A stretch of DNA of 64,000 nt from Gemmatimonadales bacterium (GTDB taxonomy: Bacteria; Gemmatimonadota; Gemmatimonadetes; Gemmatimonadales; GWC2-71-9): assembly GCA_050732995.1 (NCBI GenBank), contig JBOHSA010000095.1:1471-65470 (forward strand), in the 5' to 3' direction. Both the position numbers and the translations under genes were made by a program. Of the stretch, positions 37,238 to 46,515 are shown one piece after another (positions within the stretch are counted from its first letter, which is position 1; every line of letters begins with the position of its first letter). Below the pieces are notes generated by a model that was not told the DNA's origin, ran no database searches, and was given only the letters and a program-made list of their open reading frames with translations.

Positions 37238-38746
37238 TCAGGCGGCCAGGATGGCGGGCGCGTCGGCGCGGATCGCTTCGGCCACCCGGTCGGCCAGGGC
37301 CATGATGGTTACGTAGGGATTGATCTCGAGCGCGTCCGGGAAGAGGCTGGCATCGGCGACCCGAAGCCAGGGCAGCCCATGGACGCGCCCCCAGGAGTCG
37401 GTGACCGAGTCGGTGGCATGTCGCCCCATGGCGCACCCGCCCATGAGGTGCGCCGCTGACACCGAGATCTTGCCCGGGTTCCAATGGTGGGCACCGATCA
37501 GGGATTCCAGGCGATCGGCGTCGCGCGCTTCGATCAGCGGCGGCTCGGCGAACGGGGCGTGCACCCGTTGCGCGCCGGCGGCGAGGAAGATCCGCGCCGA
37601 GGCCAGGGTGCCGCGCGCCAACCCCGCCACCGTCTCCGGGGTGAACCGGTAGTGCACGACCGGTTTCCCGGCCCGGTCCACTGTCACCCGGTTGTCCGGG
37701 ATCGCCCGGTCGCAGGCCAGAACGAGGATCATTTGCAGGCGGGGGAAGGCGCGCATCATGGCGCTGTGGGCCGCGCCGAAGCCGGTGATCGCTTTCGCCG
37801 TGGTGAACGGGAAGTACATGCAGGTCTCGAGCACGAACCGTTCGTCGGCCCCGCGGTCCACGAAGAAGCTCTTCGGGTGGCCGACGTCGTTAGTGATGGG
37901 GCGGGAGTGCTCGGCGACGAGAATCAGCGCCGGATGGCAGGTGAAGCCGCGCCCCAGGGCGCGGGGTGCGGGGAGCGAGGAGCGCAAGAGCAGCGCGGCG
38001 GTCCCGATCGCGCCGGCGGCGAGGACCACGAGTCGGGCCTGGACCCGGTGCTCCCCGGGCGCCCATTCCGACGGCGCGCCCTTGGCTCCCGGCGACGGCT
38101 CGGCCACGCGGACCGCCAGCCCGCGATCCCGCCCGATCCGCGTGACCTCGGCCCGCGTGACCACCTCGACACCGGCGCGCTCGGCGAGCGGCAACTGTAC
38201 CCGGTTGGTGCCCTGCTTCGCCTGGTTCGGGCAGCCGAGGTTGCACAGGCTCGACCCACGACAACCTTTCACATTGACGGGGAATTGCTCGACGTGGTAC
38301 CCGGCCGCCCGGCCCCCCGCGACGAACAGCTGGTTGTTGTCGTTCACTTCCTCGGCCGGGAGCAGGTGCACGTTGTTCTGCTGCAGGTAGGTGCGGGAGC
38401 GGCGGGCGAGATCGGCGTGATCCAGCCCCGGCACATCCCAGCGCCGAATCACGCGCTCCGGCGCGACGAGTGAGGTCCCAGTGTAGACGACGGTCGAGCC
38501 GCCGTAGGCGGCCGCGAACGCGAGGGTCATCGTGCCATCCGCCGTGAGGAACCCGCCGCCGTCCTCGTACAGCGCGGTGGCCATCTCGAGCTCCCGACCG
38601 GTGAACTCGTCGTCGGCGAAACGGGGCCCCTTTTCGAGCAGCAGCACGCGCACGCCGTCCCGCACGAGCGGGGCCAGCGCCTGGGCGGCCGTGCCCCCGC
38701 CGGCGCCCGACCCGATGATCACGATGTCGTAGGAATGCTCGATCAT
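37238..38746 (-). CDS. GMC-family FAD-dependent oxidoreductase
   Basis: Real part of the 967-aa ORF 37238..40141. The start is ATG 38746 (MIEHSYDIVIIGSGAGGGTAAQAL, FAD-binding GxGxxG). C-terminal SAAHLMGGCAMG...LRVADASLFPDALEINPYVTIMALA is typical of GMC enzymes. Confidence 0.88.
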   Translation of the reverse strand: MIEHSYDIVIIGSGAGGGTAAQALAPLVRDGVRVLLLEKGPRFADDEFTGRELEMATALYEDGGGFLTADGTMTLAFAAAYGGSTVVYTGTSLVAPERVIRRWDVPGLDHADLARRSRTYLQQNNVHLLPAEEVNDNNQLFVAGGRAAGYHVEQFPVNVKGCRGSSLCNLGCPNQAKQGTNRVQLPLAERAGVEVVTRAEVTRIGRDRGLAVRVAEPSPGAKGAPSEWAPGEHRVQARLVVLAAGAIGTAALLLRSSLPAPRALGRGFTCHPALILVAEHSRPITNDVGHPKSFFVDRGADERFVLETCMYFPFTTAKAITGFGAAHSAMMRAFPRLQMILVLACDRAIPDNRVTVDRAGKPVVHYRFTPETVAGLARGTLASARIFLAAGAQRVHAPFAEPPLIEARDADRLESLIGAHHWNPGKISVSAAHLMGGCAMGRHATDSVTDSWGRVHGLPWLRVADASLFPDALEINPYVTIMALADRVAEAIRADAPAILAA

Positions 38747-39159
38747 TCCGTGCCGGCCGCGGCGCGCCGCGCCGCCCACCCGCCCCGGTGCCCCCGATAG
38801 CCGATCTCGCGGCTGGCGTCCGGCCGGGCGTAGTACCCCATCAGGATGAGCGTGCGCAGGCCCCAGAATCCGCGCCGGAGCAGGAGGAGGCGCGCATCCT
38901 GGATGGCGGCGAGGAACCGCGCCCTGCGGGTGGGGTCGAGCGCCGTTAGCGAGCGCCCGTAGCGCAGCAGCGGCAGCCATTGGAGCAGCAGCAGCAGGAT
39001 TCCGAACTGCCGTCGCATCCGGGCTGGCCGAGCCGCGAGTGCCCGATCCACGATCCGTTCCAGGCCATCCCAGCCCCGGTCGTCCAGCCGGGACGCCTCC
39101 GGCACGACTACCGTGCCGACCGCGCGAAATACGCGACGCCAACCCTCGGGCACGGGCAA
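38743..39159 (-). CDS. small subunit of GMC oxidoreductase (gluconate 2-dehydrogenase subunit-3-like)
   Basis: ATGA overlap with the GMC gene. 138 aa with FRAVGTVVVPEA...LDPTRRARFLAAIQDARLLLLRRGFWGLRTLILMGYY, the pattern I recall for subunit-3-family partner proteins. Confidence 0.6.
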   Translation of the reverse strand: MPVPEGWRRVFRAVGTVVVPEASRLDDRGWDGLERIVDRALAARPARMRRQFGILLLLLQWLPLLRYGRSLTALDPTRRARFLAAIQDARLLLLRRGFWGLRTLILMGYYARPDASREIGYRGHRGGWAARRAAAGTE

Positions 39160-39211
39160 AACCTAGACCCGCCCCACGCGTAGGGCAAGAAAGCCGCATA
39201 CTCCGAGGCCG

Positions 39212-40160
39212 ATGTCGCGTTCGCGCTGGATAGTGTTCGGAGGTCTCCTGCTGCTGCTCGCAGCTGCCCTCTGGCTGCGCGGGTGTCCCGCTCACGCGGT
39301 GCGACTGGACGCGCTCCACGTGCCGCCCGGCTTCCACATCGCGCTCTATGCCGCTGCCGTCCCGGGCGCGCGGGCCCTCGCCCTCGGCGCGCAGGGGACT
39401 GTGTTCGTCGGGACGCGGGGCGTGGGGCGCGTGTACGCGCTGGTCGATCGCGACGGCGATCAGCGGGCGGATACGGTTTACACGCTGGCGCGCGACTTGA
39501 ACTCCCCCAACGGCGTCGCGTTCCGAGACGGCGCGCTGTACGTGGCGGAAACCCACCGCGTGGTGCGCTTCAATGGCATCGAGGCCCGTCTCGAGCGGCC
39601 GCCGGCACCGGTGGTGATCACCGATCGCCTCCCGCGGGAAGGACACCACGGCTGGCGCTATCTCGGGTTTGGGCCGGACGGGTGGCTCTACATCGGGTCC
39701 GGCGCGCCCTGCAACGTCTGCGACGCCCCCGACGAGCGCTTCGCGGCGATCCTGCGCCTGCGGCCGGACCCGGGCGGCCTCGGCCCGGAGATCTTCGCGC
39801 GCGGCGTGCGCAACACGGTTGGATTCGATTGGCATCCGGGGACGGGAGAGCTGTGGTTCACCGACAACGGCCGGGACTTGCTCAGCCCCGACCGGCCGCC
39901 GGATGAGTTGAACTGGGCGCCGCGGTCGGGCCTGCGGTTCGGGTTCCCCTTCTGTCACGGCCGGGACATCCTGGACCCCGAGTTCGCCCGGGAAGGTGCG
40001 GCCGCCTGCGCGGAGTTCGCGCCTCCGGAAATGGCGCCACGGAGTCAACCGGGAGGCGTGGGGACGGCCGGTCGATGTGCTGGTAATGCCGGATGGCGCC
40101 CTGCTGGTCTCGGATGATCGGGCGGGTGTCGTATATCGCATCAGTTATGAGAACCGGTAG
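39212..40160 (+). pseudogene. PQQ-dependent sugar (sorbosone/glucose) dehydrogenase, internally deleted and frameshifted
   Basis: Frame 1 (39212-~40035) gives family motifs (LNSPNGVAFRDGALYVAE, GHHGWRYLGFGPDGWLYIG, RNTVGFDWHPGTGELWFTDNGRD, FGFPFCHG, CAEFAPPEMA). The conserved C-terminal motif EAWGRPVDVLVMPDGALLVSDDRAGVVYRISYENR* is in another frame and ends at 40160. About 75-80 residues normally found between these parts are missing. Confidence 0.6.
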
Positions 40161-40308
40161 ATGGACAGCCAGGCGCGTAGGCGCACAGGCGCGTAGCGGG
40201 TTGGAGGATCCAGTTCACAGGAATTCCTAAACGCTGCTTCCTGGTACCCGCTGTGCGCCTTCGCGCTTACGCGCCTGACTGATAGCTTCTTGTCCTATCC
40301 TTGTACTG

Positions 40309-40893
40309 ATGGAGCCTGCCATGGCCCCCGAACTCAGCGAGTTTCTCTCTCAGTTGGAAGCCGTCAAAGCCGATGGTCGCGCCGTCGCTGCGGGCCTGTC
40401 CGAGGCCCAGTTCAATTGGCGGCCGGCGCCGGACCGGTGGTCCATCGGGGATTGTCTCGCGCATTTGAACGAGAGCGTGACGACGACCCTGCCGGCGTTC
40501 GACGCCGCCATCGCCGCGGGGCGCGCGCGAGGGCTCGTGAGTCCGGGACCGTACAAGTACGGCTGGTTCGCCAGCTGGATGGCGCGCTCCATGGAGCCGC
40601 CGCCCCGCTGGCGCATGCGCTCCCCCAGCGTCTTTCGCACGTCGCCGGCTCAGCGGCGGGCCGACGTCGTGGTGCCCGAATTCCTGGCGGTGCGCGATCG
40701 GCTGGCCGAGCGCGTACGTCGGGCCGACGGACTCGATCTGACACGCGTGCGGGTCACGTCGCCGGCGTCGCGGTTTTTCCGCCTGCCGCTCGGGGCCTAT
40801 TTCGGCTTCGTCCTTGGCCATGAGCGACGCCATGTGTGGCAGGCCCGCCAGGTCCGGAATGCGCCGGATTTCGGCGCCGAACGGGGGGCTTGA
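40309..40893 (+). CDS. DinB-superfamily (DinB_2-like) protein
   Basis: WRPAPDRWSIGDCLAHLNES... and C-terminal FGFVLGHERRHVWQARQV; these His-containing motifs are typical of the DinB/YfiT-like four-helix bundle. Confidence 0.72.
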   Translation: MEPAMAPELSEFLSQLEAVKADGRAVAAGLSEAQFNWRPAPDRWSIGDCLAHLNESVTTTLPAFDAAIAAGRARGLVSPGPYKYGWFASWMARSMEPPPRWRMRSPSVFRTSPAQRRADVVVPEFLAVRDRLAERVRRADGLDLTRVRVTSPASRFFRLPLGAYFGFVLGHERRHVWQARQVRNAPDFGAERGA

Positions 40894-40925
40894 CGTCCGG
40901 TGGGCGAGTGCTAGTTTTTTAGCAC
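40890..40925 (+). promoter_or_regulatory. candidate promoter (TTGACG ... TAGTTT) overlapped by palindrome GTGCTA-N6-TAGCAC
   Basis: TTGACG at 40890-95. GTGCTAGTTTTTTAGCAC at 40908-25. Lies 57 bp upstream of the BlaI-family gene start and is the only AT-rich patch in this interval. Confidence 0.4.
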
Positions 40926-40981
40926 TATGCTGGTTTCTTCGCAGCACCCGACGCCCGACGCAAACCCGGTGGGGCCGGCGC

Positions 40982-41371
40982 ATGGCTAACCCTGGGCGGG
41001 CGCATCTCAGCCGGCGCGAGCGCCAGATCATGGACGTGATCTACCGCCTGGGCCGGGCGACGGCCGCGGACGTGCTGGACAGCCTCCCCGATCCACCCGG
41101 GTACTCGGCCGTGCGCGCGTTGCTCCGCGTCCTGGAAGAGAAGGGGCATCTGAAGCACGAGCAGGAGGGACCCCGCTACGTGTTCGAACCGACCGTGCCC
41201 CGGGAGCTGGCCCGCCAGTCAGCGTTGCGGCAACTCGTGAGCACCTTCTTCGACGGCTCCGCGGAGCAGGCCGTGGCGGCGTTGCTCGATCTCCCGGCCG
41301 CCCGGCTCTCCGCGGCGGAGCTGGATCGGCTCGCGGGGATCATCGCGCAGGCCAAACGGGAAGGACGGTAA
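40982..41371 (+). CDS. BlaI/MecI/CopY-family transcriptional repressor
   Basis: ORF 40814..41371 trimmed to ATG 40982. LSRRERQIMDVIYRLGRATAADVLDSLPDPPGYSAVRALLRVLEEKGHLKHEQEGPRYVFEPTV is the typical winged-helix Penicillinase_R domain. Confidence 0.88.
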   Translation: MANPGRAHLSRRERQIMDVIYRLGRATAADVLDSLPDPPGYSAVRALLRVLEEKGHLKHEQEGPRYVFEPTVPRELARQSALRQLVSTFFDGSAEQAVAALLDLPAARLSAAELDRLAGIIAQAKREGR

Positions 41372-41374
41372 GCC

Positions 41375-43815
41375 ATGCGAGACCTGGTTGATGCCATCCT
41401 CGCGAGCGCCGTCCTGGGCGGCGGCGTCGCGCTGCTCGTGGACACGGCCGTGAAGGCCACGCTGCTCGTGCTCCTCGCTGCCGCGCTGACCGCCGTGTTG
41501 CGGCGCTCCGCCGCCTCGTTGCGGCACTTTGTCTGGTCGCTGACCGTCGCCGGCCTGGTGACGCTGCCGCTCGCGGCCCGGCTGTTGCCCGCCTGGAACG
41601 TCCCGCTGCTGCCCCGCTTCGTGCCCGCGTTCGACGCGGCGGCGGTGTCCGAGCCGCCGGCGCGACCTGCCATCGAGCAATCGCCGGCGGTCGCGACGCA
41701 AACGGCCCCCCCCCCTTCCCCCCTCCCGGTAGGGAAAGCAGTCGAGCTCGACGCGCCCGCGCCCGGCGCGTCCGGGGCGGAGCGGTTCCGGCTCAGCTTC
41801 GGGTGGACCGCCTGGGTCGTGCCGGTGTGGCTGAGCGGTGTGGCGCTGGTACTCGCCGGGATCGTGCTCGGGCTCGCGCGCTTGCGCTGGATCGCGCGCG
41901 CCGCCCGACCCGTGACGGACCCGGCGTGGGCGCGGCTGCTCGCCGAGCTGTCGCGCGAGATCGGAGTGTCGCGCCCCGTCACGCTATTGCGCAGCCCGGG
42001 GCCCGCGATGCCGATGACCTGGGGCGTCCGGCGGCCGGTCGTGCTCCTGCCGGCGGACGCCGACCGCTGGCCCGCGGATCGGCGCCGGGGCGTCCTGTTG
42101 CATGAGCTCGCCCACGTGCGGCGCCACGACGTCCTCACGCAGCTCGTCGCCCGGCTCGCCTGCGCCGTCTACTGGTTCCACCCGTTGGTTTGGGTCGCCG
42201 CCGCGCGGCTGCGCGTGGAGCGGGAACGCGCCTGCGACGATCAGGTCTTGCGCGCGGGCGCCCGGGCCTCGGAGTATGCGGGGCACCTACTCGAGATCGC
42301 GCGGTCGTTGCGCGTGGCGCCGGCGACCTCGCTGGCGAGCGTGGCGATGGCCCGGCCCTCTCAGCTCGCGACCCGGCTGCTGGACGTGCTCGACACGGGC
42401 CGGCGGCGGCACGGGGTGAGCCCGCGCACGATGGTCCCCGCGTGGCTCATCCTGGCGGCGGTCGTGCTGCCGCTGGCGGCCGCCGTTCCCTCACCGACAT
42501 CCGCCCCTCCCCCCGCTCCCCCCGCTCCCCCCTCCCCCCCCCCTCCCCCGGTGCCCCGACCGACCGGCTCCGGGAGGGAACCGAGCCCGCGGCCCTACTC
42601 TCGCTCGCGCCGTCCGCGCGGGCTGAGCGAGGCCGTCCCCGGGCCGCCGTGGAGGCGCCGCGGCCGGCGGCGTGGTCGCCGGACTCGCTGCGCGAGTGCG
42701 GCGGTGACCGGGTCAAGCGCAGCAGCACCAGCAGGACGGACAATGACGGCGCGGTCCAGCGGACCACCATCCGGACCCTGGTCGGACAGTGTGAGGTCCT
42801 GTTCCGCGCCGAGGGCAAGTTCACCTTCACCGCCGATTTCACCGACATCGCCACGGTCGCACGCGGCGGGGAAGTCATGGTCGAGGTGGATTACGGCCAC
42901 CGCGCGCGCCGGCTCGAGATCCGGCGCGGAGATGGCGCCGGCGGTCTCGAGCGCGAATACACGGTGGATCGCGCGGTCCGCCCCTTCGACGCCGAGGCCC
43001 GTGCCTGGCTGGCGGAGACGCTCACGTTTCTCCTGCGCCGCAGCGGCCTCTCCGCCGAGCAGCGGGCGCAGTGGATTCTCGAGCGCCGGGGGATCACCGG
43101 GCTCGTCGACGAGATTGCGCAGCTGCAGAGTGACTACGCACGGCGCCAGTACTATCAGACGGCCGTTGCGAGTGGCAAGCTCGATCCGGCCGGCTTCGAG
43201 CGCCTCGTCACGCGGGCGGGGCAGGAGATCGAAAGCGACTACGAGCTGGCCGAGCTGCTCATCGAAGTCGCTCGGCAGCAGCCGCTGACGGCGGGGCTGC
43301 AGGCCGGCTTCGTGGCCGCGGCCCGGACCATCGACTCGGACTACGAGCGGCGGCGGGTGCTCGACGTCGCGCTGGGGCGGCCCGGGCTCACGACCGAGGT
43401 GGCGGCCGGCATGCTCGGAGCGGCGGGGGAGATCGACTCCGACTACGAGCTCGCGGAGCTCTTGATCAAGCTCCAGCGCGCCCGCCCGATCGATGACGCC
43501 CTGCGGCCCGCCTACTTTACGGCGGTGAACACGATTCAGTCGGACTACGAGCATCGGCGCGTGCTCGGGGCGTTGCTGGACCAGCGGGAGCTCAGTGGCC
43601 CCGTGCTCGCGGCGACGCTGGAATCGGCGCGGGCGATCCGGTCCGACTTCGAGCTGGCGGAGCTGCTGGTCGCCGTGGCGCGGCGCCACCGTATCGACGC
43701 GAGCCTCCGCCCCGCGTTCGAGGAGGCCGCCAATACCATCGGCTCGAGCTACGAAAACGACCGCGTGATGGCGGCGCTGGCGCGGAGCCAGGGGCGCAGC
43801 CCCGAGCGCCAGTAA
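41375..43815 (+). pseudogene. BlaR1-like M56 peptidase/signal transducer with SDYE-repeat C-terminal domain, reading frame broken at a C-tract
   Basis: Frame A (41375 onward) gives TM helices and the M56 zinc motif LLHELAHVRRHD, up to ...AAVPSPTSAPPPAPPAPPSPPPPP. Beyond the C-rich tract 42501-42550 (which contains C10 at 42534-43), frame A turns Arg-rich nonsense. Frame B (ORF 42190..43815) carries the sensible continuation WSPDSLRECGGDRV...SDYELAELLI repeats. Adding one nucleotide in the tract would fuse the two frames. Confidence 0.65.
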
Positions 43816-43835
43816 CCCGCTTCCGAGGAGCGCTG

Positions 43836-46469
43836 ATGACGCGCTGGCCGATGTCCGCGGTGCTCCTCGCCGCGCTGGTCGTGCCAGGGTCGGCCGGCGG
43901 GCAGACCGCGCCGGCGCCACCGCCCCGCAAGCAGGCCCGCGCGCTGCGCCTCGACCGGGAAACGGTCCGGCTGGACGGCCGGCTGGACGAGGCCGCGTGG
44001 CGCCGGGCCGCGTGGATCTCGGATTTCGTCCAGAAAGAGCCGAACGAGGGCGCCGCCCCCACCGAGCGCACCGAGGTGGCCTTCTTCTACGACGCCGACG
44101 CGCTGTACGTGGGCGTGCGGGCCTATGCGGATGATCCGGCCAAGATCCAGGCCCCGCTGTCCCGGCGCGACAACACCGCCCAGGCGGAGCACGTCTGGAT
44201 CTCTCTCGACACGTACCTCGACCATCGCACGGCGTACTCGTTCGGCGTGACCGCGTCGGGCGTGCGGATGGACTTCTACCACGCCACCGACCGCGAGCAC
44301 AACGTAGACGGCCGGTTCGATCCGGTGTGGGAGGCCCGGGCGGCGATCGACTCGCTCGGCTGGACGGCCGAGCTGCGCATCCCGTTCTCCCAGCTCCGCT
44401 ACACCGCGAAGGACGCCCAGGTCTGGGGCCTTAACATCGATCGCTGGATTCCATCGCGGCGCGAGGACGTGTTCTGGATCCCCGTGCCCAAGAACGAAAC
44501 CGGCTGGGCCTCGCGGATGGGCGAGCTGCACGGGATCGAGCGGATCGCCCCCTCCCGCCGGCTGGAGCTGCTCCCCTACGCGGCGAGTAACGCGACGCTC
44601 ACCGGCGACCGCGATCCCGCGGACCCGTTCGACGACGGCCGGAACCTCGAGGCCCGTGCCGGCGCCGACATGAAGATGGGCGTCGGCCCCAACCTGACGC
44701 TCGATGCGACGGTGAACCCGGATTTCGGCCAGGTCGAGGCCGACCCCGCGATCGTCAACCTGTCGGCCTTCGAAGTCTTCTTCGACGAGCGCCGGCCGTT
44801 CTTCACGGAGGGGAGCCAGCTCTTCCCCTCCCGCTTTTTCTACACGCGCCGGGTGGGGGCCCGGCCGCGCGGCGCGCCGGTCGCGGACGACGACGACTAC
44901 GTGGACTATCCGGACGCCAGCACCATCCTCGGGGCCGCCAAGCTCACGGGGCGGCTGCGCTCGGGCACGTCGGTCGGCGTTCTCGCCGCGCTCACGGCCC
45001 GGGAGCGCGCCCGCGCCTACGACCCCACGACCGCGCGCGTCACGGAAACTGTGGTCGCGCCGGTCAGCGGGTTCGGCGCCCTGCGGACCCGACAGGAGAT
45101 CGGCGCCGACGCGTCGGTGGGCGGGACGCTCACCATGGTCCGCCGCGATCTCGCGGACGGCGACCCGCTCGCCGGGATCTACGCCCGCGAGGCGTACGGA
45201 GGCCGGCTGGACTGGAACCTGCGGTTCGGCCGGGACGCCTACGTGCTGGACGGGGACATCGGGTTTTCGCACGTCCGGGGCGACTCGAGCGTGTTGCTGC
45301 ACATTCAGGAATCGCCGGTCCATTACTTCCAGCGGCCGGATGCGGGCCACGTCGCGGTGGATTCGTCCCGGACCGCCCTCAGCGGCTATGTCGCGAGTCT
45401 CGCGTTCTCCAAGATCAGCGCTCGGCACTGGCTGTACGAGGTCAGCGTGGGCCGGGAATCACCCGGCTTCGAGCCTAACGATGCCGGCCGGCTCTCGAAC
45501 GCCGACGGGCAGAACGCGTTCGCCCAACTGCGGTACCGGGAGACGCAACCGGGCCAGACGTTCCACACCTACGAGCTGAGTTTCGAGACGGGTGGCGAGT
45601 GGAATTTCGGCAACGACCGGCAGTTCTACACCACGCGCTGGGACGCCAAGCTGACCTGGAAGAACTTCTGGGTGACGAACCTCACCTTCTGGATCGACCA
45701 CCCCTCGCAGAACCAAGCGCAGACCCGCGGCGGGCCCTCCATGGGCACGCCCCGCAGCCGGGTCGTGATCGCGCGACTGGGGAGTCGGCTCGGCGCGCGG
45801 ACGGCGTGGAACGGCCGGGGGTACTACGGGTGGGACGAGCTGGGCGGGGAGATCTACCGGCTGAGCGGCGGCCTGTCGGTGCGCCCCAGCACGCGCTGGC
45901 AGGTGTCGGTGGATCCGAACTACCTGCGCGTGATCGACCCGCGCCAGTACGTGGCCACGTTCGACTCGGGACCGGCGGCGACGTACGGCCGGCGTTACGT
46001 GTTCGCGTTCGTCGACCAGAGCGAGTTCCGGATCCCGATCCGGGCCAATTACACCCTCACCCCCGACCTGACGCTCGAGCTCTTCGCGGAGCCGTTCGCC
46101 GCGAGCGGCCGCTTCTACGGGTTCGGCGAGCTCGCGGCGCCCCGAACCACCCGGCTGCGCCGCTACGGCACCGATGGCACCACGATCGCGCGCGACCCCG
46201 CCGGGGACTACCTCGTGACCGACAACGGCGGCGCGGACACGCTCGCCATCGCCAACCCGGACTTCAACGTCCTGTCCTTCCGCAGCAACCTCGTGCTGCG
46301 CTGGGAGTGGCGCCCGGGGAGCACGCTGTTCCTCGTGTGGCAGCAAAATCGCCAGCACGACGACGCGCGCGGCGCGCACGTGGGGCCGGCCGATCTGATG
46401 GATTCGCTGCGGGCGACGGGGGACAACTTTCTGGCGATCAAAGCCAGCTACTGGATCCCGGTGCGGTAG
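43836..46469 (+). CDS. DUF5916/CBM9-like domain outer-membrane protein
   Basis: Signal peptide MTRWPMSAVLLAALVVPGSAGGQ. LDGRLDEAAWRRAAWISDFVQKEPNEGAAPTERTEVAFFYDADALYVG (CBM9-like), then VNPDFGQVEADPAIVNLSAFEVFFDERRPFFTEG and a long beta-rich C-terminus. This is the pattern I recall for DUF5916 proteins. Confidence 0.75.
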   Translation: MTRWPMSAVLLAALVVPGSAGGQTAPAPPPRKQARALRLDRETVRLDGRLDEAAWRRAAWISDFVQKEPNEGAAPTERTEVAFFYDADALYVGVRAYADDPAKIQAPLSRRDNTAQAEHVWISLDTYLDHRTAYSFGVTASGVRMDFYHATDREHNVDGRFDPVWEARAAIDSLGWTAELRIPFSQLRYTAKDAQVWGLNIDRWIPSRREDVFWIPVPKNETGWASRMGELHGIERIAPSRRLELLPYAASNATLTGDRDPADPFDDGRNLEARAGADMKMGVGPNLTLDATVNPDFGQVEADPAIVNLSAFEVFFDERRPFFTEGSQLFPSRFFYTRRVGARPRGAPVADDDDYVDYPDASTILGAAKLTGRLRSGTSVGVLAALTARERARAYDPTTARVTETVVAPVSGFGALRTRQEIGADASVGGTLTMVRRDLADGDPLAGIYAREAYGGRLDWNLRFGRDAYVLDGDIGFSHVRGDSSVLLHIQESPVHYFQRPDAGHVAVDSSRTALSGYVASLAFSKISARHWLYEVSVGRESPGFEPNDAGRLSNADGQNAFAQLRYRETQPGQTFHTYELSFETGGEWNFGNDRQFYTTRWDAKLTWKNFWVTNLTFWIDHPSQNQAQTRGGPSMGTPRSRVVIARLGSRLGARTAWNGRGYYGWDELGGEIYRLSGGLSVRPSTRWQVSVDPNYLRVIDPRQYVATFDSGPAATYGRRYVFAFVDQSEFRIPIRANYTLTPDLTLELFAEPFAASGRFYGFGELAAPRTTRLRRYGTDGTTIARDPAGDYLVTDNGGADTLAIANPDFNVLSFRSNLVLRWEWRPGSTLFLVWQQNRQHDDARGAHVGPADLMDSLRATGDNFLAIKASYWIPVR

Positions 46470-46494
46470 GGGGGGGGGGGAGGGGGGGGGGAGG
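46469..46494 (+). repeat. G12-A-G10-A-GG tract between convergent genes
   Basis: Read directly. It begins at the last base of the TAG stop of the DUF5916 gene and ends 22 bp before the stop of the convergent ada-like gene. Confidence 0.9.
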
Positions 46495-46515
46495 CCGGCC
46501 GGGGCGTCGAGCCGC

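Noticed and set aside
37238-40141. A 967-aa minus-strand ORF that would be the largest 'protein' in this area
   Set aside because: Only its last 502 codons (from ATG 38746, MIEHSYDIVIIGSGAGGG) look like a protein (GMC oxidoreductase). The upstream 465 codons are Arg/Pro/Gly/Ala-rich read-through antisense to the small-subunit and PQQ-dehydrogenase regions, a typical high-GC shadow ORF.
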